Shown here in pieces: positions 37,202-46,546 of a stretch of DNA of 64,000 nucleotides. Position numbers and translations under genes: made by a program. The notes beneath the pieces were generated by a model that had not been told where the DNA came from, made no database searches, and was given only the letters and a program-made list of their open reading frames with translations. Each line of letters starts with the position of its first letter. Position 1 is the stretch's first letter. The stretch is taken from contig JBAXUY010000001.1 in the NCBI GenBank assembly GCA_037129475.1, positions 37,380-101,379 of the forward strand. Reading direction: 5' to 3'. The stretch is from Planctomycetia bacterium. GTDB lineage: Bacteria > Planctomycetota > Planctomycetia > Pirellulales > UBA1268.

Positions 37202-38563
37202 TCAAGGCCCCGCCTGACGCATCACGATCGCCGCATTGTGCCCGCCAAAGGCCGACGACTGCGAGACTGCCCAGACGAGCCCGGCGTCGGTCGATCGCCG
37301 GACAAAGTTCAGCGGCCGCACCGGATCCTCCAGGTTCACGCAGCCGTGCACCTTCTGATCGCGGAGCGACAAGGCGGTGATCGCGGCTTCGATCGCTCCG
37401 CTTGCACCGATGCAATGGCCGGTGAGCGACTTCGTGGCGTTGACGAGCGGCCGCGAGCCGAAGATCGTTTCGATGACGGCTGATTCCACGTCGTCGTTGA
37501 CGACGGTCCCGGTTCCATGGGCATTGACGTAGTCGACGTCGCCCGGGTCGATCCCGGCGTCGGCGAGCGACGAACCGACGGCCCGCGCCAGCTGCTGGCC
37601 GGCCGGTTCCATGATCATCATGCTGTAGGCGTCGAACGACTCGCCGTATCCGACGATCTCGGCGTAGATCCGGGCGCCGCGTCGGCGGGCATGCTGCCAC
37701 TCCTCGCAGACGAGCACCGCCGCGCCCCCTTCCGCCAGGAGAAATCCCGTGCGGTTGCGGTCGAACGGGCGGTTTGCAGCGTCCGGACGATCGACGACCG
37801 AGGCCAGCGTTCTCGCGGTGTCGAACGCCCTGAACACCCCGCCGAACGGGTCGCCCACGAACTCCGCTCCGCCGCAGAGAACCATGTCGGTGTCACCGTG
37901 GCGGATGGAGCGCAGGGCGTGGCCGACCGCCGCGGTCCCGGCGGCGCAGGCGAGCGCACACGTGGTGTTCGGCCCCCGCAGGGAATAGCGGATGCCGAGC
38001 GTGGCCGACACCGCATTGGGCATGATCATCGACGCCGCGAAGGGGTTGAACCGTTTTGGAAGGGCCGCGAGCAGCGTGTCGAGGGCAGCCGTCGCGGGAT
38101 CGGTGGCTTGCGGTTCGCTGCGGCATTCGAGCGGTTGAATCGGCGTGAGCAGGTGGCTGTTTTGGGACGTGATCAGCGTGGTGATTCCGCCCACGGCGGT
38201 GCCCATGAACACGCCCGCCCGATCACAATCGATTCCCGCCAGCTGCCAGATGCCGCGCTTCGCGTCCACCAGCGACGCCTCCAGCCCGGCGTCGGCGAGT
38301 GCCTCCCCGGCCGCGACGATCGCAAGCATGGCCGATGTGTCGAGCCGCATCGCCTCGAGCGGCGTGATGCCCGCCGCCTCGAAGTCCACGGTCGGCAGCG
38401 GCGCCCAGACGGTCGACTGAAACCCGCTCCAGCGCAGCCACTGGTCGGGAATCGGGGCGACTGCCGCCCGGCCCGCGAGGGAGGCGTCCCAGCACTCGGC
38501 TGTGGAGGTGCCCACGGGCGATACCATGCCGATGCCGGTGACCGCCACCCGCCGCCGGCTCAC
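37202..38563 (-). CDS. Beta-ketoacyl-ACP synthase (KAS I/II, FabF-like) with intact Cys-His-His triad
   Basis: 453 aa. VAVTGIGMVSPVG, TTCALACAAGTAAVG (Cys), YVNAHGTGT (His) and KSLTGHCIGASG (His). Start overlaps the ACP stop by 4 nt. Confidence 0.9.
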   Translation of the reverse strand: MSRRRVAVTGIGMVSPVGTSTAECWDASLAGRAAVAPIPDQWLRWSGFQSTVWAPLPTVDFEAAGITPLEAMRLDTSAMLAIVAAGEALADAGLEASLVDAKRGIWQLAGIDCDRAGVFMGTAVGGITTLITSQNSHLLTPIQPLECRSEPQATDPATAALDTLLAALPKRFNPFAASMIMPNAVSATLGIRYSLRGPNTTCALACAAGTAAVGHALRSIRHGDTDMVLCGGAEFVGDPFGGVFRAFDTARTLASVVDRPDAANRPFDRNRTGFLLAEGGAAVLVCEEWQHARRRGARIYAEIVGYGESFDAYSMMIMEPAGQQLARAVGSSLADAGIDPGDVDYVNAHGTGTVVNDDVESAVIETIFGSRPLVNATKSLTGHCIGASGAIEAAITALSLRDQKVHGCVNLEDPVRPLNFVRRSTDAGLVWAVSQSSAFGGHNAAIVMRQAGP

Positions 38564-38847
38564 GAGAGCCCCTGCTCACCGATCCGCAGGCTGACGTAGT
38601 CGACAACCTCCTCGACCGTGGAAAGCTGGGCGGCTTCGTCGAAGGAAATCTTGCCCTTGAACTCGCGTTCGAGCGCCATCACCAGCATGACCGCGTCGAC
38701 CGAGTCGGCACCGAGATCTTCCCGGAGCCGGCTGCCGGCCGGCACGACAGCGGATTCGAGCCCGAGCACGTCGCGGATCACCACGTCAATCCGTGCTGCC
38801 ACCGCGGCGGAGGCCGGTGATGCCGGGTCTGACACGTCGGTCTCCAA
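38560..38847 (-). CDS. Acyl carrier protein
   Basis: 95 aa. Phosphopantetheine site LREDLGADSVDAVMLVMALEREF. Confidence 0.85.
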   Translation of the reverse strand: METDVSDPASPASAAVAARIDVVIRDVLGLESAVVPAGSRLREDLGADSVDAVMLVMALEREFKGKISFDEAAQLSTVEEVVDYVSLRIGEQGLS

Positions 38848-38936
38848 GAAGTGTGGATGTCACCCGCGTCCGTGCGTCGAAGCAGTCCAGTCTAAACGCT
38901 GCGGGAACGCCAGTCGATCCGCCGACTACGGCCGTC

Positions 38937-40157
38937 TCAGACCACCCGTGCGACCATCGCCGTCGCCGTGAGGCCCGGCCCAAACGCGAGGCTGACGACC
39001 AACGTGCCCGTCGTGACGTCAGGGTTGCGCAGGATGCGATCCCAGATGTGCGGCACCGTGGCCGAACTCTTGTTGCCCCCTTCGCGGAGCGCATCCTTGC
39101 TGAGCGCGATCTGGTCCTTCGAAAGGCGGAGGCAGCTGCCGACCAAGTCGACGATCGCCGGGCCGCCGGGATGGATCACCCAGATGATGTCTCCCTTGTC
39201 GGACTGGAGGTCGAGGCCGGTGTCGCGCAGGAGGGTGCCGATGAATTCCTCTGCGTGGGCCGCGATGAGCCGCGGCACGTCGATCGAGAGCGTCATCTCG
39301 AATCGGTTGACGATCGGCCGCCAGGTCATGGCGTCGGAGGAATTCGGAATCGTGGTGTCCGCATACCGGATCACCTCGAGACCGCGCCCGGGCCGCTCCC
39401 GGAACACCTCGTCGGTGCATGCCGAATAGCGGATGAACCCGTCGGCAAACAGGCTGTCGCAGATGATGTGCTCGGCGTCGAGGTGGTCGGGGGCCACGTG
39501 GATCGAGCAGATCTCGGTGTGGGCGATGTCGACTCGCCCGCCGGCACGCGCCAGTCCGCTCCGCGCCGCTGCCAGGGAGCCGGCGGCCATCCGCACCGCG
39601 GGGAACGCACCGTAGCAGCCCTGGTGGTAGCAATGGCTGACGGTCGTCCGGAACCAACCCCTCTCGGAGACCAGTTCGTGCACCGGACTGGGCAGACGGT
39701 AGCCGGTGGTCGAGACGTGGATCAACTCGCCGGGGGCGTCGTCCGGGTCTGGATACATCTGGTCGAGCGCCGCCCGCGCGTGCCTGCGGAAGATCGCCAG
39801 CCGGTCGTCGATGTCGGCGCCACCGGCCTTGGCCAGAAACGTGCTCGTAAACGGGATCGTGGCAAAATCCAGGTCGGCGGGGTCCTTGGCCGCCTCCGCG
39901 TCCGGCAGGACCGAGATCCGCCGCGACGCGATGTGCTTGGGGGAAACGCAGTACTTCTCCCACGCCGCCCGAATCGTCCCGGCCGCCGCATCCGTCGTGC
40001 TTCGCCCGCCGCTCCCGCCATTCGACGCGTCTACGAACTCGGCGAAGCGGATCGAGATTTCACGGAGTTTGTCCTGCTTGACCGACTCGGTCAGGTAGAC
40101 CGGCCGGAAATCGGACAGCACGACACCCATGCGATCGGCGCTCACGGCGTTCTTCAT
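38937..40157 (-). CDS. Type III polyketide synthase (chalcone/stilbene synthase superfamily)
   Basis: 406 aa. Cys in CYHQGCYGAFPAVR, His in WVIHPGGPAIVD, Asn in GGNKSSATVPHIW, and C-terminal AFGPGLT. Met10 is an alternative start. Confidence 0.85.
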   Translation of the reverse strand: MKNAVSADRMGVVLSDFRPVYLTESVKQDKLREISIRFAEFVDASNGGSGGRSTTDAAAGTIRAAWEKYCVSPKHIASRRISVLPDAEAAKDPADLDFATIPFTSTFLAKAGGADIDDRLAIFRRHARAALDQMYPDPDDAPGELIHVSTTGYRLPSPVHELVSERGWFRTTVSHCYHQGCYGAFPAVRMAAGSLAAARSGLARAGGRVDIAHTEICSIHVAPDHLDAEHIICDSLFADGFIRYSACTDEVFRERPGRGLEVIRYADTTIPNSSDAMTWRPIVNRFEMTLSIDVPRLIAAHAEEFIGTLLRDTGLDLQSDKGDIIWVIHPGGPAIVDLVGSCLRLSKDQIALSKDALREGGNKSSATVPHIWDRILRNPDVTTGTLVVSLAFGPGLTATAMVARVV

Positions 40158-40483
40158 GTCCAGGCTCCATCGATCTGCCGTCGCCTCGCTGGCCGCCGCA
40201 GGCCGTCATCCGCGCCACGTTGCGACGAGGATACGCCATGTGCACGCTCGAAGCAAAAAGACCACCGCAGGGCGGCTCCAGCAGTGGCATCACTTGAAGG
40301 AGAGCAGGTCGGCCCTCAATCTCGCCTCATTGCCCCTAACGTCGGCGGCACCCGTGTTCGACTGTGTGGGGTGCGTCGACTGCATCAGACCGACGCAGGA
40401 CTCCACCAGCAGTCCGTCGGCAAGCCCCGATGCTGATGCGTGGAGAGGTCGGTCCCGGCAAGCCAATCGTGTGAAAGTAGGCC

Positions 40484-41356
40484 ATGTACCACCGGACCAT
40501 GGGTACAACACTCGTCGTCTGCAGCGTATCGCTGATGGCGGTTGCACTGCTTCCCGTGACTGCTGCCGCCGAGGCTCTCGAATCGCTCGATCTCGATGCA
40601 TTTGCCCCATTCGATTCCGGGGCCGAGGTGCCATACGAGCCCGATTCTTTCGTGCCCGGATTCGATCGTGCGGCAGTCATGCCCTCGCCCCCTTCGGGCA
40701 GATTTGACGGCGTGATTTCCGACCGACCGGCACGCCAGTTCTATCTGAGCAGCATCATCGGCGGATCATTCCTGGTCGCGACCGCCGACAACACCCCGTC
40801 GTCGATTCTCACCGCCGGCGGTGCCATGGGCATCGCATTCGATCGCCCCAACGGCCGGCTCCGCATCGAGGCCGAGGGCCGATATCGTGATCCGATCGAA
40901 CAGACGTATATCGGGTTCAACAGGGAGACGCCGCGGGTCGGCCTCGCCGCCCCAGGTCCCGTCCCGCCCAAGCCCGAACTCATCGGCACGATGCAGGCCA
41001 GATCCACTGGCGGGTGGTCGGCGATGGCCAACGTCTGGCGTGACTTTGAACTCACGGATCGCTTTGACGCCTACGGGGGTGGTGGCATCGGTGGCGCCGG
41101 CTTCGAAACCTCGTTTCAGCAGATTGATGCGGCAGAGCCGGCTCCTGTTGTCTATAAATACCTGACCGAATATGCTTGGCAGACCGGTGTCGGTGCCATC
41201 TGGAACGTCAACGACCGAGTCGCGGTCGACGTGAGCTACCGACTGTTCGGTCTCGGATGGTCGATCACGGCGAACGATCTCGCGTACGGATTTTTGCGAT
41301 CAGAGGTCCTTCTCTCGCTCCGGGTGTACGAACCATTTCGCGGACTGATTCGCTGA
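40484..41356 (+). CDS. Outer-membrane beta-barrel protein (OmpA-like/Opa-like barrel)
   Basis: Signal peptide LVVCSVSLMAVALLPVTAAAEA. Alternating-hydrophobic strands, a GGGIGGAGFE loop, and a near-terminal aromatic residue (SLRVYEPFRGLIR). Confidence 0.6.
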   Translation: MYHRTMGTTLVVCSVSLMAVALLPVTAAAEALESLDLDAFAPFDSGAEVPYEPDSFVPGFDRAAVMPSPPSGRFDGVISDRPARQFYLSSIIGGSFLVATADNTPSSILTAGGAMGIAFDRPNGRLRIEAEGRYRDPIEQTYIGFNRETPRVGLAAPGPVPPKPELIGTMQARSTGGWSAMANVWRDFELTDRFDAYGGGGIGGAGFETSFQQIDAAEPAPVVYKYLTEYAWQTGVGAIWNVNDRVAVDVSYRLFGLGWSITANDLAYGFLRSEVLLSLRVYEPFRGLIR

Positions 41357-41405
41357 TGCAGATCCTGAGCATCCCCCGTGCAGCGCCCGCGCCGTCTCCG
41401 AGGCC

Positions 41406-42299
41406 GTGGCGATGATCGTCTCGCCGTGCATGCCGCCTATGGATCTCGGTGCGAAGGCCTCGATCCGCAGCCACTATGACCTCGCGACGCCGTTCTATCG
41501 GCTGTTCTGGGGGCCGCACATCCATCACGGCCTCTGGTCGGCCGAAGACGCGGTCCGCGAGCAGCCCCACGCCTCGCCGCTGGCGGCGCAGGAAGCCCTC
41601 ACCGATGCCCTGGCCACGCTGGCGGACATCCAACCCGGTCAGCGCGTCCTCGACGTGGGCTGCGGCATGGGCGGTTCATCGATCCGGCTTGCCAGGCAGC
41701 GACACTGCGACGTGACCGGCATCACGCTCAGCGGCGTGCAGCGGCGTTGGGCCTCGATGGGAGCGTGGCGGAACGGCGTGACGAACGCGGTGCGTTTTCG
41801 TCAAGCGGATGCCGAACGAGTGACCTTCGAGGCCGCGAGTTTCGACGTCGTCTGGAGCATCGAGTGCACCGAACATCTGTTCGACAAGGCGGCGTTCTTC
41901 CGGCGGGCAGCCGGCTGGCTCCGGCCCGGCGGCCGGATGGCGATCTGTGCCTGGCTGGCGGCCGATGACGCCGATCGCCCCGGGCTGCGCGAGCAGGTGG
42001 AAGCGGTCTGCGACTCCTTCCTCTGCCCCTCGCTCGGCAGCTTCTCGGACTACACCGGCTGGATGACCGATGCGGGCCTCCAGGTGGAGCACACGGAAGA
42101 CTGGACGGCCCGCGTCGCCCGGACATGGGAACTCTGTGACGCGCGCGTGCGTCGGTTCGGTCTGCCGTGGCTGGCACGGTTGATCGACGGTCGACAGGCG
42201 ACGTTTCTCGACAACTTCAAGACGCTTCTCGACGCCTACCGCTCCGGGGCCATGCAGTACGGATGCATCGTCGCCCGGCGACCGGAAACGGCGACATGA
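41406..42299 (+). CDS. Class I SAM-dependent methyltransferase (gamma-tocopherol MT / CMAS-like)
   Basis: SHYDLATPFYRLFWGPHIHHGLW, VLDVGCGMGGSSIRLA and LRPGGRMAI. Confidence 0.8.
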   Translation: MAMIVSPCMPPMDLGAKASIRSHYDLATPFYRLFWGPHIHHGLWSAEDAVREQPHASPLAAQEALTDALATLADIQPGQRVLDVGCGMGGSSIRLARQRHCDVTGITLSGVQRRWASMGAWRNGVTNAVRFRQADAERVTFEAASFDVVWSIECTEHLFDKAAFFRRAAGWLRPGGRMAICAWLAADDADRPGLREQVEAVCDSFLCPSLGSFSDYTGWMTDAGLQVEHTEDWTARVARTWELCDARVRRFGLPWLARLIDGRQATFLDNFKTLLDAYRSGAMQYGCIVARRPETAT

Positions 42300-42348
42300 C
42301 GCAGGATCGCTCCCTCGCCACACCATCACAGCCAGGACCGTCACAGGG

Positions 42349-43140
42349 ATGGGCAGATTTTTCGGCATTGCTTTCGGGCTGGCGACGCACGTCCTGTTCG
42401 CCTTCACCGTCTGGCATCTGTTCTGGTTCCTGAAGGGGCCGCTGCCGGGTGACGCACCGACATCGTCGCTCGGGCTTGGCGCGTCGCTCGGCATCGACAC
42501 CCTGCTGGCGGTGGCGTTCGCGGCACCGCACAGCATATTCCTCCTGCCGTCGGTGAGACGCAGGCTCGTGGCGGCCGGCATCCCCGCACCGTTCTACGGC
42601 TGTTTCTACTGCGTGGTCACCTGCGCCGTGCTGCTGCTGACGATCTTTTGCTGGCAGCCCACCACCGTCGTGGCCTGGCGCTGGGTCGCCCCCTTCGACA
42701 GCGCCGTGACCGCGGCCTTCGCCGCGTCGTGGGTGGCGCTGTTCTACAGCCTGCACCTCACGGGCCTGGGGTGGCAGACCGGCTGGACGCCCTGGTGGCA
42801 CTGGGCCCGCGGTCTGCCGCAGCCGAATCGCGCGTTCATCGAACGGGGCGCCTACCGCTTCCTGCGGCATCCGGTGTACCTGAGTTTCCTGGGCCTGATC
42901 TGGTTCACGCCCCTCGTGACGTTCGATCGCGTCGTGCTGATCGCCGTGTGGTCGACCTACATCTTCGTCGGCAGCGCGCTCAAGGATGGACGACTGGTGC
43001 ACTTCATGGGCGACACGTATCGCGACTACCAGGCGCGCGTGCCGGGGTATCCGGGCGTGCGGTTCGGGCCACTGGGGCGGGTGCGGCCGCCGGTCGTGAC
43101 ATCGCGTGACGCGATCGAGGGTCGTCGCTACGTCGCGTAG
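42349..43140 (+). CDS. Integral-membrane methyltransferase, ICMT/PEMT family (SrsB/BpsB-like)
   Basis: Multiple TM segments. C-terminal FLRHPVYLSFLGLIWFTP...VWSTYIFVGSALKDGRL resembles the isoprenylcysteine carboxyl methyltransferase family SAM-binding region. Confidence 0.7.
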   Translation: MGRFFGIAFGLATHVLFAFTVWHLFWFLKGPLPGDAPTSSLGLGASLGIDTLLAVAFAAPHSIFLLPSVRRRLVAAGIPAPFYGCFYCVVTCAVLLLTIFCWQPTTVVAWRWVAPFDSAVTAAFAASWVALFYSLHLTGLGWQTGWTPWWHWARGLPQPNRAFIERGAYRFLRHPVYLSFLGLIWFTPLVTFDRVVLIAVWSTYIFVGSALKDGRLVHFMGDTYRDYQARVPGYPGVRFGPLGRVRPPVVTSRDAIEGRRYVA

Positions 43141-44384
43141 CCAAACGCTTCGGCCAAGCGGACGGTTTTCGCGTCCAACGCGAACGGCAGCCGAACCCGT
43201 TGCCAGCTCGTTCCACGGTCGGGATCGATGTCCTTGTGATCCAGGAAATGCATGTCGCCCAGCGTGCAGTGCTGCCGATCGCCGTGATGCGTGAGTCGAT
43301 CACCGTCGTAGGGGGTCAGCAATCCCGGATGAAAGTCGACACCGAACGCGTTGCAGATGGTCGACGAGGTTGTCTCGAGGTCGGTGAGCAAGTCCTCGAA
43401 TCGAATCACGCTGGTGCGGCTCTGCGGCACGTCCCGGAGAAACGTCCCGATGGTTTCGTTCATCTGCACCCAGCAGTGCTCGGCATACTTCCAGGGCGAA
43501 GGATGCCACCCGGGCCAGGACGATCCGTACAGGCGATGAAAACGCATCCGCACCAACGAATCGATGACCGCGTAGGGATGCCGAACCAGGTGAACGAAGC
43601 GGGGTTCGTGAAACCGTTCAGCGGCCGGTCGTAAAAAAGAGGCATCCGCGGCGTAGAGTGGCGACTTGTCGACCAGCAGCCTGCGTCTCGTGGCGTCGTG
43701 CAACTCGCGATAGACATCTGCCACCGGCAGGTCGGCGTTTTCACACGCCCGAATTCGTGCTCGAGCCTCCTGGTGCGAGAGTTGCCCGAGCGCCGCGACG
43801 GTGGCGACCACGCCACTGCCCATCCAGCCGAACCCATGTTCCCGAAACCACTCCGCTCGCTGCCCCATCGTCTCAAACGGCAGCAGATTCAACTCCGGCG
43901 GGGAGAAGAGCTCGGGATGACCGTGAAGCATCACACGCACCAGCGTCGACCCCGCTCGGGGCGACGACAAAACGAAGCACACATTCGACACCTTCGTGCG
44001 CGCCGCGACCGGCGTCCGCCGGGAAGGAATGTGAACCGCCGACGCGGAACTACGCCGAGGTGTCGTCCAATCCGGTTCCTCGAATTCGTTCGCGAGGTAG
44101 CCGGCCAACTCGCGCAGGCAGGTCAGGGTGGCCATTTCGCCGGGGTAGATTCGCCACCCCAACGTGTTTGTGACCGCCTGGCGAAGCACGCCGAAGAACG
44201 GTTCGATGGCCTTGGATGGATCGGTGGAATGCACCCATGAAAAGACGGATTCGCCTGTCACATCGGCGATATCGCGACCGATCAGCCCCGCCACGCTCGC
44301 CCGCAGTCGCTCCAGGATCAAACGCGAGCGCTCCGTCGGAGGGCTTCCGTTCAGCAGCGTCACGAACGCATCGACTGGTTGCAC
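43128..44384 (-). CDS. Sulfotransferase (Sulfotransfer_3, CurM/OLS-type) with about 130-aa N-terminal carrier-protein-like extension
   Basis: PAPS 5'-phosphosulfate loop VLSSPRAGSTLVRVMLHGHPELFSPPELNLLPF. The listed ORF (to 44804) overlaps cheB, so the true start must be internal. GTG at 44384 was chosen and is uncertain (first ATG is far downstream). Confidence 0.72.
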   Translation of the reverse strand: MQPVDAFVTLLNGSPPTERSRLILERLRASVAGLIGRDIADVTGESVFSWVHSTDPSKAIEPFFGVLRQAVTNTLGWRIYPGEMATLTCLRELAGYLANEFEEPDWTTPRRSSASAVHIPSRRTPVAARTKVSNVCFVLSSPRAGSTLVRVMLHGHPELFSPPELNLLPFETMGQRAEWFREHGFGWMGSGVVATVAALGQLSHQEARARIRACENADLPVADVYRELHDATRRRLLVDKSPLYAADASFLRPAAERFHEPRFVHLVRHPYAVIDSLVRMRFHRLYGSSWPGWHPSPWKYAEHCWVQMNETIGTFLRDVPQSRTSVIRFEDLLTDLETTSSTICNAFGVDFHPGLLTPYDGDRLTHHGDRQHCTLGDMHFLDHKDIDPDRGTSWQRVRLPFALDAKTVRLAEAFGYAT

Positions 44385-44524
44385 CGAATCAGCGCCTCCT
44401 GCCGCAGGAAGGGTAGGGCAGTCGACGGCACTTTCGCAACGACCGGATGGGGGCTGAGCGACGGGTGCGGCGAGGCGGAGGCAGTTTGCGGCCCGTCCGA
44501 GCCTGCCGACGCCGCCGGGCCGCC

Positions 44525-45655
44525 TTACAAGGCTGCCTGACTCGCCACGGCGCGGACGATCGCCGCGGCGATGCCGGGCAGCGGCACGACCTGCTCGGCC
44601 GATCCCAGTTCGATCGCCGCACGCGGCATCCCGAACACCACGGAGGTGGCCTCGTCCTGCGCGATCGTGCGGCCACCGGCGGCGCGAATCGCCTGCATGC
44701 CCACGGCACCGTCGCTCCCCATGCCGGTGAGCAGGGTGGCCACCGCCAGCCTGCCGGCCGACTCGGCAGCGGACCGAAAGAGCACGTCCACCGCGGGCCG
44801 GCAATGATGCACGGGGGGGGTCTCCAGCAGTCGCACGCGATACGCGCCCGCCTGCCAGGTCACGGCCAGATGGCGTTCACCGGGCGCGATCACGCACAGC
44901 CCGGGCTGCAGCGTCATGCCCTCCTCCGCCTCGCACACGCGATAGCCGCATGCCTGATCGAGCCGTTCGGCGACCACGCGGGAGAAGTAGGCCGAGATGT
45001 GCTGCACGACGGCGATCGGTGGCAGGCCTGCCGGCAACTGGGGCAGGATCGTCCGCAGCGCCTCGACGCCTCCGGTCGACGATCCGATGACCACGAGCTG
45101 CCGGGGATCGATTCGGTGCGGTGCGGCCAACGGCTGCGCGCCGCGATCGGTAGACGGCACGCCTGCCGCTGGTGGCTCGGTCGGTGGTGCCCCGGCCTCC
45201 AATGGCAATGCCGTCGTGTGCGCGTCCTGACGACGCACAAGCCCCTTCGAGGCGGCCGCAGCCTTGACGTGGTAGGCCAGCCGAGCACCGAGGCCGCCGA
45301 TCGACATCGTTCCATCGGGTTTGGCGAGGACGTCCACGGCGCCCGCCTCCATGGCATCGAGCGCCGCCTGCGACCCGGCCTGGGTGAGGGAACTCACCAC
45401 GACCACGGGCAGGGGGTGGTGCTGCATCAGGATGCGCAGGAACGTCAGGCCATTCATGCGGGGCATTTCCAAGTCGAGCGTGAGCACGTCCGGATCGAAC
45501 CGGAGGATCTTCTCGCGGGCGACGTAGGGATCGCACGCGGTGGCCACCACCTCGATCTCCGGATCGAGCGACAGGGCGTCGCTGATCGCCTTGCGGACGA
45601 GTGCCGAGTCGTCGACCACGAGCACGCGGACTTTGCGGGGTTGTTGGGTATGCAT
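44525..45655 (-). CDS. cheB: Chemotaxis response regulator protein-glutamate methylesterase
   Basis: REC domain VRVLVVDDSALVRKAI...DVLTLDLEMPRMNG. Methylesterase domain with VVIGSSTGG and VVQHI. Start taken at Met20 (45655); ATG 45712 is the alternative. Confidence 0.9.
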   Translation of the reverse strand: MHTQQPRKVRVLVVDDSALVRKAISDALSLDPEIEVVATACDPYVAREKILRFDPDVLTLDLEMPRMNGLTFLRILMQHHPLPVVVVSSLTQAGSQAALDAMEAGAVDVLAKPDGTMSIGGLGARLAYHVKAAAASKGLVRRQDAHTTALPLEAGAPPTEPPAAGVPSTDRGAQPLAAPHRIDPRQLVVIGSSTGGVEALRTILPQLPAGLPPIAVVQHISAYFSRVVAERLDQACGYRVCEAEEGMTLQPGLCVIAPGERHLAVTWQAGAYRVRLLETPPVHHCRPAVDVLFRSAAESAGRLAVATLLTGMGSDGAVGMQAIRAAGGRTIAQDEATSVVFGMPRAAIELGSAEQVVPLPGIAAAIVRAVASQAAL

Positions 45656-45681
45656 GGGTGTCACGTGCGTGTGTGGTTCGG

Positions 45682-46518
45682 TCACCTGGGCCGCCGATAG
45701 ACGCTGGGCCACTCGCCCTGCAGCGGGTGCCTCATGCCGAGCAGGCTTTCTGCATGCCCGACGAACAGGAATCCGCCCGGAGCGAGCATCGCGACCAGCC
45801 GGTCGAGGAGTTCCTGGCGCGACTCTGGATCGAAATAGATCATCGCATTGCGGCAGAAGATCACATCCTGGCCACCCGGCAGCGGATACTCGGGCTGGAA
45901 CAGGTTCACCCGCTGCACGAGCACCCGTCGCCGCAGTTCCGGCCTCACTCGGCAGAATCCCTCGCGCTCTCCGAAGCCGCGAAGGAAGTAACGCCGCAAC
46001 TGTTCAAGAGGCAGCGCGACCTTCCCGGCCTCGTAGATGCCGCTGCGGCACCGCTCCAGCATCCGGCTGGAGATGTCGGTCGCATGCACGTGCCAGGTGA
46101 CGTGCGGATGCGACCTCGCGCACTCCGCCAGCACGACGGCCAGCGAATAGGGCTCCTCGCCCGACGAGGCCGCCGCCGACCACACCTGGAGCGGTCGATC
46201 ACCGCGGCTGGCGACGACCTCGGGCAACACCCGTTCTGCCAGAAGCTGGAAGTGGGATGGCTCCCTGAAAAAATGAGTGTGGTTCGTGGTGATCAGGTCG
46301 ATGAGTCGGCCCACCTCCTCCTCGCCCGCGGCCGACGCGAGCAGCCTGCAGTAGGCGTCGAAACCGTCGAGTTGCAACGCGTGCAGGCGCTGGGCGAGCC
46401 GGCCGGAGACGAGCGCCTGTCGATCAGGCCCCAGCTGGATCCGGCTCCGTTCGTGGATGAGATTGGCCAGGTAGGCGTAGGCGTCGGGCGTGAGTCGTGG
46501 TTCCTGTGGCAGCACCAT
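45682..46518 (-). CDS. cheR: Chemotaxis protein methyltransferase
   Basis: 278 aa. TTNHTHFFREPSHF, VWSAAASSGEEPYSLA and IFCRNAMIYFD. Confidence 0.9.
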   Translation of the reverse strand: MVLPQEPRLTPDAYAYLANLIHERSRIQLGPDRQALVSGRLAQRLHALQLDGFDAYCRLLASAAGEEEVGRLIDLITTNHTHFFREPSHFQLLAERVLPEVVASRGDRPLQVWSAAASSGEEPYSLAVVLAECARSHPHVTWHVHATDISSRMLERCRSGIYEAGKVALPLEQLRRYFLRGFGEREGFCRVRPELRRRVLVQRVNLFQPEYPLPGGQDVIFCRNAMIYFDPESRQELLDRLVAMLAPGGFLFVGHAESLLGMRHPLQGEWPSVYRRPR

Positions 46519-46546
46519 GTCGATCCTTCGCCCCCGGGCCCGATCC

